DNA of 62,767 nucleotides, the filler included, from Nemertoderma westbladi (lineage: Eukaryota; Animalia; Xenacoelomorpha): NCBI GenBank assembly GCA_032718475.1. It is 3 parts of 3 records of this genome, joined end to end, with 100 filler letters (N's around TTAATTAATTAA, not from the genome) between each part and the next. Parts side by side here need not be neighbours in the genome. Positions count along the whole stretch, not along the records: positions 1 to 20,103 come from JAUCBJ010001301.1; 2 more parts are not named here. One strand, 5' to 3'. A program made the position numbers and the translations under genes. The notes beneath the pieces are model-generated. The model had not been told where the DNA came from and did no database searches. It saw only the letters and a program-made list of their open reading frames with translations. Shown one piece after another: positions 1 to 12,135 of the stretch (the first letter of the stretch is position 1; every line of letters starts with the position of its first letter).

Positions 1-1155
1 AAGAATGAAAGTGTTGAGTCCTTCAAACTCTAGAAGATATGCGGGATACAGCCATATGCCTTGACCTAGAAACCAGATAGCTAGCAGAAATAAACCTAAA
101 CGAGTGGACATAGTGGACCAGGGCAGGATCACTGGCAGCATGCAAATGTACCACAAGAAATACTGCGATGTACAAACCTTATTGTACGTAACAAACACCA
201 ATGTGTTTAAAAAACTCGCAAAAATAGGATCGGGAAAAAATCGGAAGCTAATAGCTACTAATAGAGACGCTTGTGGAATGAACATTGCGATTGGTATTAG
301 TGGACTTGGGTTGACAGAAGTTGATCCCAGATACAGCATGTAGAAATATACTGAGAAGTTATGTCTGATGTCTTTTCGCACGAGATGGAAGATGTAGGTT
401 TCATAAAGGAACTTATATCCGTATAAATAGTACATAAAAGACGTAAGAAGTACGAAGGTTAGCGCTGAAGTTAATGAGAAGATTAGCCGGGGTCTATTAG
501 GCACTAATTGTTTGACTATTTTAGTAACCAAATTGAGTCGAATTTTGTTTGTTGATTTTGTTTCCTTGATAGAATGACGAGAGTAGTATGTGGCATCGAG
601 AGAGAGATATATAACTAAGGCGTAAGTTATGGGGTAAATTTTAAAGTGAATCGAAGCAGCAAAAACAATGGCAGCAAGAAATGTTCTTTTGAGAATGAGA
701 AGATAAAAAGTTAGTAGAACAAGTGACGTCATGATGGACTCCGCGCTTCCTCTTGTACTTACGGCTATTGGTAGCGGGTTTAAGTGCCACAGTAAGGAAT
801 AGAGAGTTGATCGATTATTGGACAGCCCTCTCTGTCTTAGAATGGCCGAGATAAGCCACCCGGTGAGGATGTCAAATAGAACGAAGATAATTTTACCGAA
901 CATCGGATGAATGACGATATTAGGAAGCATAAGCCAAGCGAGTAAAGGGGAGTACCGGTAAGTGTCCCGCTTGTACGGAGATTCACCGTTCATGGAATAT
1001 TGCGCCGCCTCAGTAAATATTCGGTAGTCAATGTCTGTGTATTTTACGGCCATATGAGCGTCCTGCCACGCTCCGTACGCGAGGAATATACACCGAATAG
1101 ATATTCCTGCGGCGATAACCGCGGATTGAGAAATTGTGATCGCCGTCCGTGTCAT
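1..1155 (-). CDS. PIGM: GPI alpha-1,4-mannosyltransferase I catalytic subunit (PIG-M), intronless, 3' end beyond window
   Basis: Manual translation from ATG at 1155 is open for 385 codons to base 1: MTRTAIT...AYGAWQDAHMAVKYTDIDY (DXD motif)...SPYKRDTYRYSPLLAW...LNPLPIAVSTRGSAES...IHFKIYPITY...RKDIRHNFSVYFYMLYL...FVTYNKVCTSQYFLWY...PAYLLEFEGLNTF, all characteristic PIG-M motifs. Probably absent from the ORF track because no stop codon lies in the window. Confidence 0.96.
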   Translation of the reverse strand, partial: MTRTAITISQSAVIAAGISIRCIFLAYGAWQDAHMAVKYTDIDYRIFTEAAQYSMNGESPYKRDTYRYSPLLAWLMLPNIVIHPMFGKIIFVLFDILTGWLISAILRQRGLSNNRSTLYSLLWHLNPLPIAVSTRGSAESIMTSLVLLTFYLLILKRTFLAAIVFAASIHFKIYPITYALVIYLSLDATYYSRHSIKETKSTNKIRLNLVTKIVKQLVPNRPRLIFSLTSALTFVLLTSFMYYLYGYKFLYETYIFHLVRKDIRHNFSVYFYMLYLGSTSVNPSPLIPIAMFIPQASLLVAISFRFFPDPIFASFLNTLVFVTYNKVCTSQYFLWYICMLPVILPWSTMSTRLGLFLLAIWFLGQGIWLYPAYLLEFEGLNTFIL

Positions 1156-4100
1156 TGCAGTATATCGCAACCGATTCTGTAGGCCTAACTGCTAACTGCA
1201 TGAACTGCAGCTACATGCAAAACGGTACTGTATACTGCAGTAGTGGACTGGTGTAGGATACTGGGATAGGCTGTAGGCACTGAGGCAGGCCTATAGGGTA
1301 TAGCTATAGCCGATACGATACCACAGGTCCGGTAGCGGTAGGCGGTAGCTGTATGCTGAGTCATCCATGGCTTATGGCTATAAACAAAATGTTCCAGAAT
1401 ATTGTGCATTTATTACATAGAATCAATTGCCTGCAGCAGAGTAATAGTCGAGTCAATCTAGCAAAAAACCCATAAGTATTTATTATTTAGTAAATATTAT
1501 TTCATATTTTGGATTCTATATTACCTTATTAATGGCCAAAAAAAAGTCTATAAAATTTTATTTTGCGGATTATATGTTTATTCATGAAAATTCTGCGTAA
1601 TATGTGCATAACACACAAGCCAAACAAAAGGAACAGTAGGGAAAAGTAAGTAGCAAATTGGTGATGCTCCAGAATAATTTAATTAATTTCACAATAAAAG
1701 CTGTGATTCAATGGGATATTAATAATATTTACACTGGCGTGTTACACATTAATTGCTATATCTCGGAAACTAGAAGTCGCATCAAATTTTTAAATATATC
1801 AAAAACTTCACGATATATTAAGGTAACCGTTGTATAAAAATTATACATTTCCACTGCAAGAAATTTCATAATTTCCATTAATGTTAGTGAAGATTTTTCA
1901 CATAATTAAATTGTGATTGCTCTATTGATTTTAGGTGTAATTTATTTATTTGTTTTAGTTTGAAAACCACAATAGTTTATCATATAACAAATAAATTTTT
2001 TGGGGATAAGGGTTTTTGAGGTCGATAAATCCGATGGGCGAGGTTACATCCACCCGTTTAGTAGAGAAGTTGTGTAAATAAGGTCCTTATATTGTACCAG
2101 CAAAATTTGTATTAAAAATGGTTAAATTATTAGACCAATTTCCGTTGCTCTGGAAACTAAATAGGTAACCATATAGAAGTGCATACTTCTGTCAATCATT
2201 AGTGATTAGAGTAAAGTTTGTCTGTACCAAATTTTGAGAAAATCCCACCAGTAGACCCCTTGTTGCTATGTAAAATCCATGTTGCTAAGGAAAGAAACAG
2301 GAAATTGAAGGTGATCCGCATAATATATTTTTATAGACTTTTTTGGGGGCACTAACAAGGTAATGTAGAATAAAATAAAATTGGTTTGGATGAATTGCGA
2401 ATTTGTTATGGGTTGACCCCCCTTTTCGGCTAGAATGACTCGCCCATAAATACATATAAATTTTTGTTAATATGATATATTGGGTATAATTACTTCTGTA
2501 CTTTTGGGGACCTTTTATATACCACACCAGTATAATACTACATATAGGACTATACTAGTACAACACTACTGCACTAGTATATATATACTATACGGTATAC
2601 TATGGTACATATATATACCAATTGAGGGAAAGGAGCAGATCACAGAGGCAGACTTTTCTAACCAAAACAATAACCGTCCACTTTACCAATTGAGGGAAAC
2701 CATATGGTCAGACAGTCAGTACAGCAGTAGTCACATGGTCAGACAATCAGTATTCACTCTATAACAAATAAAATAAGGCATTCAAGAAATAGGCTGATAG
2801 TTACCGGTACGCCGCTATAGAGTGACAATTAGAAATGGTTGACAAAGTAACAATCCCCATGATATTCAACAGTACAACAGTAGGCATATTATTAGCACTT
2901 CCACCGATAATGTTTACAAATAATATGATACATTCAAACAATGCATTGGAAAGATTAACTTAAAGGCAAAAAGTAGTATTAGTGTTACGCAGTCAAAACC
3001 TCACATTTGTGTTAAAATCAGCATATTCTACAATAACACGTACACTGTCAAAAAAACTACAAAAAATTACAAAGTACAAAGAGCACCTGTAAGCATATAG
3101 CAGGCCTTCATTATAATGAGTCTTCTGGTCTGGTTTTTTGTTTAAACAGTATGTTACACTACTTAATGAATTATCTTACACTACAGCCCATAATCGAGTT
3201 TTCTTATCGACGTTGATACTGGTTACATACAGTACTACTTTGTTTATTGTAATCCTATCATTTTGGGAATCAATTTATTTATCCGCTGTTCGAAAATTTT
3301 CCGACTTCCCCAACTCGACTGTGTTTTTCCAATTTATTTACTAGATTCACTCTCCCCACTCACATTACTGTTATAATCCTCGGGATTCAATCCCTGATCG
3401 GATTCCACTTCTGTAGGACTGCGTATCAATAAGCCCCTTTCAGTAAACGTTAGGTCCAGTCCACTCCCCTTAATTTCCCCAAAATGTATTCCTTTACGGC
3501 TTAGATTTTTACCTGTTCGCTTATTTGAGTTATTTTTATATAAATAGTATAGTTTATCTTGCTGAGATAGAGATATCTACATAACTGTCCTTGTTCAAGG
3601 GTTGCTGAGTTTTCAAACATCTCGTCGATCTCATGTTCCTTCTCCCATAGGATTTGATCCTCATCTTCTTTTTGAAGCCATTCTCCTCTTGAGGTGGTTA
3701 AGGATCGTGTTGTTGTTGTCGTATGTCGTCGGTTTGAATTTCATCCTTAGGGTTTTCTGGAAGCAGACTCGTTCCACCGATGAAACCGAAGTCTCTGGAG
3801 ACCAGAGGCCAAACCACAACCCCGCTCCCCCCATCGCCCACTATAAGGATCCTCCTGGCAATACACGGGAACAGAGCTCATCTACCTCCCACAGAGTAAG
3901 GCCATGGGCCCCTAGGCACCAACCTGTTCTTGTTCGAAGACCGTTTCGCTTGTGTTGCCACCAATTGCGTGAGTTAGTGCTGGCATCTCTATTTGGATCA
4001 AGTCCGTCTGTGTCTCGGCTTCCTCCACTCCAGCAATGAGAGTTCTGACGAGTGGAAACATGGTTATCTGTCTCCCTGTAGTGAACCATCCCTCACCCGA

Positions 4101-4419
4101 AATGATCGATTCAGTTCATGTTGGGTTAACTTTATCACTGATAGTTCGTTTGACATCCGTGTTCGAGTTTGTTCTTGCTGCGCTCGTTCTGGTAACGTCA
4201 ATAGTTCGTAGGATGCCGTACCACAACTCGTCATTGTAGCTTCGATTTGTTACGACCGTCCACATCCAATCGGTGTTGTACCGTCTTGAAATTTTCTCGG
4301 ATTCATTGAACTGCGTCTTTGGATCTCACCGGGTATCACTGTTAGTAGATTTTATCAGGGTGGTGAGAATTCGAAATCGCACTAATCCGAGTCCTTAGTG
4401 TATCTCCAGTTGAAATTCG

Positions 4420-7099
4420 ACCTCCCATCTCTAACTTGCACTCTGAGTTCGGCCATTGGGCCATGGAACCTGCTGCATCTACCTCCCGTCTCTTACTTGC
4501 ACTCTGAGTTCGGCCAGCGGGCCAGGGAACCTGCTGTATCTACCATCCGTCTCTCACTTGCACTAGGAGTTCGGCCAGCGGGCCAGGGAACCTGCTGAAT
4601 CTACCTCCCGTCTCTCACTTACACTCTGAGTTCGGCCAGCGGGCCAGGGAGCCTGCTGTATCTACCATCCGTCTCTCACTTGCACTCGGAGTTCGGCCAG
4701 CGGGCAAGGGAACCTGCTGTATCTACCTCCCGTCTCTCACTTGCACTCTGAATTCGTCCAGCGGGCCAGGGAACGTGCTGTATCTACCATCCGTCTCTCA
4801 CTTGCACTCTGAGTTTGGCCAGCGGGCCAGGGAACCTGCTGTATCTACCTCCCGTCTCTTACTTGCACTCTGAGTTCGGCCAGCGGGCCAGGGAACCTGC
4901 TGTATCTACCTCCCGTCTCTTACTTGCACTCTGAGTTCGGCCAGCGGGCCAGGGAACCTGCTGTATCTACCTCCCGTCTCTCACTTGCACTCTGAGTTCG
5001 GCCAGCGGGCCAGGGTACCTGCTGTATCTACCTCCCGTCTCTTACTTGCACTCTGAATTCGTCCAGCGGGCCAGGGAAACTGCTGTATCTACCTCCCGTC
5101 TCTTACTTGCACTCTGAGTTCGGCCAGCGGGCCAGGGAACCTGCTGTATCTACCTCCCGTCTCTCACTTGCACTCTGAGTTCGGCCAGCGGGCCAGGGAA
5201 CCTGCTGTATCTACCTCCCGTCTCTCACTTACACTCTGAGTTCGGCCAGCGGGCCAGGGAACCTGCTGTATCTACCTTCCGTCTCTTACTTGCACTCTGA
5301 GTTCGGCCAGCGGGCCAGGGAACCTGCTGTATCTACCTCCCGTCTCTCACTTACACTCTGAGTTCGGCCAGCGGGCCAGGGTACCTGCTGTATCTACCTC
5401 CCGTCTCTTACTTGCACTCTGAATTCGTCCAGCGGGCCAGGGAACCTGCTGTATCTGCCTCCCGTCTCTTACTTGCACTCTGAGTTCGGCCAGCGGGCCA
5501 GGGAACCTGCTGTATCTACCTCCCGTCTCTCACTTACACTCCGAGTTCGGCCAGCGGGCCAGGGAACCTGCTGTATCTACCATCCGTCTCTCACTTGCAC
5601 TCTGAGTTCGGCCAGCGGGCCAGGGAACATGCTGTATCTACCTCCCGTCTCTCACTTGCACTCTGAATTCGTCCAGCGGGCCAGGGAACATGCTGTATCT
5701 ACCTCTCGTCTCTCACTTGCACTCTGAGTTCGGCCAGCGGGCCAGGGAACATGCTGTATCTACCTCCCGTCTCTCACTTGCACTCTGAGTTCGGCCAGCA
5801 GGCCAGGGAACCTGCTGTATCTACCATCCGTCTCTCACTTGCACTCGGAGTTCGGCCAGCGGGCAAGGGAACCTGCTGTATCTACCTCCCGTCTCTCACT
5901 TGCACTCTGAATTCGTCCAGCGGGCCAGGGAACATGCTGTATCTACCATCCGTTTCTCACTTGCACTCTGAGTTCGGCCATTGGGCCAGGGTACCTGCTG
6001 TATATACCTCCCGTCTCTTACTTGCACTCTGAGTTCGGCCAGCGGGCCAGGGAACCTGCTGTATCTACCTCCCGTCTCTCACTTACACTCTGAGTTCGGC
6101 CAGCGGGCCAGGGAACCTGCTGTATCTACCATCCGTCTCTCACTTGCACTCTGAATTCGTCCAGCGGGCCAGGGAACATGCTGTATCTACCATCCGTCTC
6201 TCACTTGCACTCTGAGTTCGGCCATTGGGCCAGGGAACCTGCTGTATCTACCTTCCGTCTCTCACTTACACTCTGAGTTCGGCCAGCGGGCCAGGGAACC
6301 TGCTGTATCTACCTCCCGTCTCTCACTTGCACTCTGAATTCGTCCAGCGGGCCAGGGAACATGCTGTATCTACCTTCCGTCTCTCACTTACACTCTGAGT
6401 TCGGCCAGCGGGCCAGGGAACCTGCTGTATCTACCTCCCGTCTCTCACTTGCACTCTGAATTCGTCCAGCGGGCCAGGGAACATGCTGTATCTACCTTCC
6501 GTCTCTCACTTACACTCTGAGTTCGGCCAGCGGGCCAGGGAACCTGCTGTATCTACCTCCCGTCTCTCACTTGCACTCTGAATTCGTCCAGCGGGCCAGG
6601 GAACCTGCTGTATCTACCTCCCGTCTCTCACTTGCACTCTGAATTCGTCCAGCGGGCCAGGGAACCTGCTGTATCTACCTCCCGTCTCTCACTTGCACTC
6701 TGAATTCGTCCAGCGGGCCAGGGAACATGCTGTATCTACCTTCCGTCTCTCACTTACACTCTGAGTTCGGCCAGCGGGCCAGGGAACCTGCTGTATCTAC
6801 CTCCCGTCTCTCACTTGCACTCTGAATTCGTCCAGCGGGCCAGGGAACATGCTGTATCTACCTTCCGTCTCTCACTTACACTCTGAGTTCGGCCAGCGGG
6901 CCAGGGAACATGCTGTATCTACCTCCCGTCTCTTACTTGCACTCTGAGTTCGGCCAGCGGGCCAGGGAACCTGCTGTATCTACCTCCCGTCTCTCACTTG
7001 CACTCTGAGTTCGGCCAGCGGGCCAGGGAACCTGCTGTATCTACCTCCCGTCTCTCTCCTTCACTCTGAGTTCGGCCATCGGGCCAGGGAACCTGCTGT
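4420..7099. repeat. Minisatellite, 61-bp unit, ~44 copies
   Basis: Consensus CTTGCACTCTGAGTTCGGCCAGCGGGCCAGGGAACCTGCTGTATCTACCTCCCGTCTCTCA repeated head to tail with recurrent linked variants (e.g. GAATTCGTCC). Confidence 0.98.
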
Positions 7100-7884
7100 C
7101 GGAGGAACCAGACGAGTGATATAGATGAACCCCTGTGTCGTAAGAATGTTTTGTGACTTGCAATGTATATTGTTTCTGATATCAACTAGTCTTCATATGT
7201 ATGTATCTCACCAATAAACCAATAAAGTCATCGCAACTACATTGCGGGCAACGTACTAACCAATAACTCCTACCTAAGTCAAATACATCGATAAGGGTGA
7301 TATTTGATGTAGATCTACACTCAAGAATGAAGTCTACACCCAATATCGACATAATAAATACACCAATACCATCAACATCTGGTTAATCTACCGTTAGCAC
7401 GTTACAATAAATCATGGCAATCCCACAGGTGTAAAGGTGCCTGCCCTTATTAGAGTTTATTTTCCCATTCTACTGTACAGCATCATTTTTTTTTTTTTAA
7501 TATTGCATATAAATACCAATGTGATACCAATAATAAATACCAATACGCAGTATTTGGTCAACATGCTACAGTATATTGTTTTTGTTTGCTCATTTCCCAT
7601 CCTTGTATCCAAATGGATCCTTGTATCCTCTCTTAATTATTATATCGCGCCATGTCTCACTCTGTAGCCAATATTATATCATGGGTTATTTCTCATCTAA
7701 TATCATCTTAATGGGTTTTAATATTACCACTCACACTATAAGACCTACTGTAGTATATATCTTCCCCGTTCTATTGTCTAGCTGTTCCTTTTAGGTTTTC
7801 TATTTTGGTTGGTTTTCTACGTTTTCCACCTAAATGACCCGATGGATCCTATTTTTTAACACATTGGTGCGACAGCAATATTTC

Positions 7885-10800
7885 CGTACTCTCATGGTAC
7901 ACTAATTGGTTACCAGTACTCTCATGGTACACTAATTGGTTACTTATAAACAGTACTCTCATGGTACACTAATTGGTTACTTATTCAGTACTCTCATGGT
8001 ACACTAATTGGTTACTTATTCAGTACTCTCATGGTACACTAATTGGTTACTTATTCAGTACTCTCATGGTACACTAATTGGTTACTTATTCAGTACTCTC
8101 ATGGTACACTAATTGGTTACTTATTCAGTACTCTCATGGTACACTCATTGGTTACTTATAAAACAGCAATATTTCAGTACTCTCATGGTACACTAATTGG
8201 TTACTTATTCAGTACACTCATGGTACACTCATTGGTTACTTATTCAGTACTCTCATGCTGCACTAATTGGTTACCAGTACTCTCATGGTACACTAATTGG
8301 TTACTTATAAACAGTACTCTCATGGTACACTAATTGGTTACTTATTCAGTACTCTCATGGTACACTAATTGGTTACCAGTACTCTCATGGTACACTAATT
8401 GGTTACTTATAAACAGTACTCTCATGGTACACTAATTGGTTACTTATTCAGTACTCTCATGGTACACTAATTGGTTACTTATTCAGTACTCTCATGGTAC
8501 ACTAATTGGTTACTTATTCAGTACTCTCATGGTACACTAATTGGTTACTTATTCAGTACTCTCATGGTACACTAATTGGTTACTTATTCAGTACTCTCAT
8601 GGTACACTCATTGGTTACTTATAAAACAGCAATATTTCAGTACTCTCATGGTACACTAATTGGTTACTTATTCAGTACACTCATGGTACACTCATTGGTT
8701 ACTTATTCAGTACTCTCATGCTACACTAATTGGTTACCAGTACTCTCATGGTACACTAATTGGTTACTTATAAACAGTACTCTCATGGTACACTAATTGG
8801 TTACTTATTCAGTACTCTCATGGTACACTAATTGGTTACTTATTCAGTACTCTCATGGTACACTAATTGGTTACTTATTCAGTACTCTCATGGTACACTA
8901 ATTGGTTACTTATTCAGTACTCTCATGGTACACTAATTGGTTACTTATTCAGTACTCTCATGGTACACTCATTGGTTACTTATAAAACAGCAATATTTCA
9001 GTACTCTCATGGTACACTAATTGGTTACTTATTCAGTACTATCATGGTACACTCATTGGTTACTTATTCAGTACTCTCATGGTACACTAATTGGTTACTT
9101 ATTCAGTACACTCATGGTACACTAATTGGTTACTTATAAACAGTACTCTCATGGTACACTAATTGGTTACTTATAAACAGTACTCTCATGGTACACTAAT
9201 TGGTTACTTATTCAGTACTCTCATGGTACACTAATTGGTTACTTATAAACAGTACTCTCATGGTACACTAATTGGTTACTTATAAACAGTACTCTCATGG
9301 TACACTAATTGGTTACTTATAAACAGTACTCTCATGGTACACTCATTGGTTACTTATTCAGTACTCTCATGGTACACTAATTGGTTACTTATAAACAGTA
9401 CTCTCATGGTACACTAATTGGTTACTTATTCAGTACTCTCATGGTACACTAATTGGTTACTTATTCAGTACTCTCATGGTACACTAATTGGTTACCAGTA
9501 CTCTCATGGTACACTAATTGGTTACTTATTCAGTACTCTCATGGTACACTAATTGGTTACCAGTACTCTCATGGTACACTAATTGGTTACTTATTCAGTA
9601 CTCTCATGGTACACTAATTGGTTACTTATAAACAGTACTCTCATGGTACACTAATTGGTTACTTATTCAGTACTCCCATGGTACACTAATTGGTTACTTA
9701 TTCAGTACTCTCATGGTACACTAATTGGTTACCAGTACTCTCATGGTACACTAATTGGTTACTTATTCAGTACTCTCATGGTACACTAATTGGTTACCAG
9801 TACTCTCATGGTACACTAATTGGTTACTTATTCAGTACTCTCATGGTACACTAATTGGTTACTTATTCAGTACTCTCATGGTACACTAATTGGTTACTTA
9901 TTCAGTACTCTCATGGTACACTAATTGGTTACTTATTCAGTACTCTCATGGTACACTAATTGGTTACCAGTACTCTCATGGTACACTAATTGGTTACTTA
10001 TTCAGTACTCTCATGGTACACTAATTGGTTACTTATTCAGTACTCTCATGGTACACTAATTGGTTACCAGTACTCTCATGGTACACTAATTGGTTACTTA
10101 TTCAGTACTCTCATGGTACACTAATTGGTTACTTATTCAGTACTCTCATGGTACACTAATTGGTTACCAGTACTCTCATGGTACACTAATTGGTTACTAT
10201 TTCAGTACTCTCATGGTACACTAATTGGTTACCAGTACTCTCATGGTACACTAATTGGTTACTTATAAACAGTACTCTCATGGTACACTAATTGGTTACT
10301 TATAAACAGTACTCTCATGGTACACTCATTGGTTACTTATTCAGTACTCTCATGGTACACTAATTGGTTACTTATAAACAGTACTCTCATGGTACACTAA
10401 TTGGTTACTTATTCAGTACTCTCATGGTACACTAATTGGTTACTTATTCAGTACTCTCATGGTACACTAATTGGTTACCAGTACTCTCATGGTACACTAA
10501 TTGGTTACCAGTACTCTCATGGTACACTAATTGGTTACTTATTTAGTACTCTCATGGTACACTAATTGGTTACTTATTCAGTACTCTCATGGTACACTAA
10601 TTGGTTACTTATTCAGTACTCTCATGGGACACTAATTGGTTACTTATTCAGTACTCTCATGGTACACTAATTGGTTACTTATTCAGTACTCTCATGGTAC
10701 ACTAATTGGTTACTTATTCAGTACTCTCATGGTACACTAATTGGTTACTTATTCAGTACTCTCATGGTACACTAATTGGTTACTTATTCAGTACTCTCAT

Positions 10801-11465
10801 GGTACACTAATTGGTTACCAGTACTCTCATGGTACACTAATTGGTTACTTATTCAGTACTCTCATGGTACACTAATTGGTTACCAGTACTCTCATGGTAC
10901 ACTAATTGGTTACTTATTCAGTACTCTCATGGTACACTAATTGGTTACTTATTCAGTACTCTCATGGTACACTAATTGGTTACTTATTCAGTACTCTCAT
11001 GGTACACTAATTGGTTACTTATTCAGTACTCTCATGGTACACTAATTGGTTACTTATAAACAGTACTCTCATGGTACACTAATTGGTTACTTATAAACAG
11101 TACTCTCATGGTACACTAATTGGTTACTTATAAACAGTACTCTCATGGTACACTAATTGGTTACTTATTCAGTACTCTCATGGTACACTAATTGGTTACT
11201 TATAAACAGTACTCTCATGGTACACTAATTGGTTACTTATAAACAGTACTCTCATGGTACACTAATTGGTTACTTATAAACAGTACTCTCATGGTACACT
11301 AATTGGTTACTTATAAACAGTACTCTCATGGTACACTAATTGGTTACTTATAAACAGTACTCTCATGGTACACTAATTGGTTACTTATAAACAGTACTCT
11401 CATGGTACACTAATTGGTTACTTATAAACAGTACTCTCATGGTACACTAATTGGTTACTTATAAA
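7885..11465. repeat. Minisatellite, 35-bp main unit (30-, 37-bp and longer variants), ~100 copies
   Basis: Constant core CAGTACTCTCATGGTACACTAATTGGTTAC followed by TTATT, TTATAAA, nothing, or TTATAAAACAGCAATATTT. Confidence 0.98.
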
Positions 11466-11709
11466 TTTGTTTTCTCAAAGATTGTAATTGTTGTTGTCGG
11501 AAGATCCAATTATTTTTTTGGCTTTCTCAACATTTTGCATGGTTGCTCATCATAACCATGAACACAAGTAGAGAGTATTCCATAGCCTCCATGTCCCCTG
11601 TAATTCTCCTAATATTATCCTAATTACTGCAGTATTTTAGAAAAATCTGTAAACGCCCACTTTCATTGGTGGGCATGGACTTTCGGAAGTCGTATATGAG
11701 CTGTTAGTA

Positions 11710-11831
11710 CTCTGTATAACAGAGTAGCTAGCTATTCTGTATAACAGAGTAGCTAGCTATTCTGTATAACAGAGTAGCTAGCTATTCTGTATAACTGAGT
11801 AGCTAGCTATTCTGTATAACAGAGTAGCTAG
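11710..11831. repeat. Short tandem array, 25-bp unit, ~5 copies
   Basis: CTGTATAACAGAGTAGCTAGCTATT repeated. Confidence 0.92.
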
Positions 11832-11839
11832 TCAGATAG

Positions 11840-12094
11840 TAAGCTATTCTAGTGTAGCTAAGCTATTCTACTGTAGCTAAGCTATTCTAGTGTAGCTGAG
11901 CTATTCTAGTGTAGCTAAGCTATTCTAGTGTAGCTAAGCTATTCTAGTGTAGCTACGCTATTCTAGTGAAGCTAAGCTATTCTAGTGTAGCTAAGCTATT
12001 CTAGTGTAGCTAAGCTATTCTAGTGTAGCTAAGCTATTCTAGTGTAGCTAAGCTATTTTAGTGTAGCTAAGCTATTCTAGTGTAGCTAAGCTAT
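11840..12094. repeat. Short tandem array, 19-bp unit, ~13 copies
   Basis: AAGCTATTCTAGTGTAGCT repeated; shares AGCTATTCT with the adjacent 25-bp unit. Confidence 0.95.
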
Positions 12095-12135
12095 GTGATA
12101 CCATGTGCTATGTGAGTGATCTCCTGATTATGATC

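Noticed and set aside
1530-2450. Probable non-autonomous DNA transposon remnant (similar DNA at ~58100-58560)
   Set aside because: MITE-like composition, but matching TIRs and TSDs could not be established.
4043-4062. CTGACGA..GAAAC hammerhead-like words (also CTGATGA near 20979 and 43072)
   Set aside because: No stem II or stem I pairing around them.
4420-7099. Ribozyme within the 61-bp unit (GGCC-AGCG-GGCC hairpin)
   Set aside because: No CUGANGA/GAAA core on either strand and no convincing HDV-like pseudoknot.
7885-11465. CRISPR-like look (constant 30-bp repeat with variable linkers)
   Set aside because: Linkers are 0-19 bp, drawn from about four recurring variants, not unique spacers; eukaryotic context and no cas genes.
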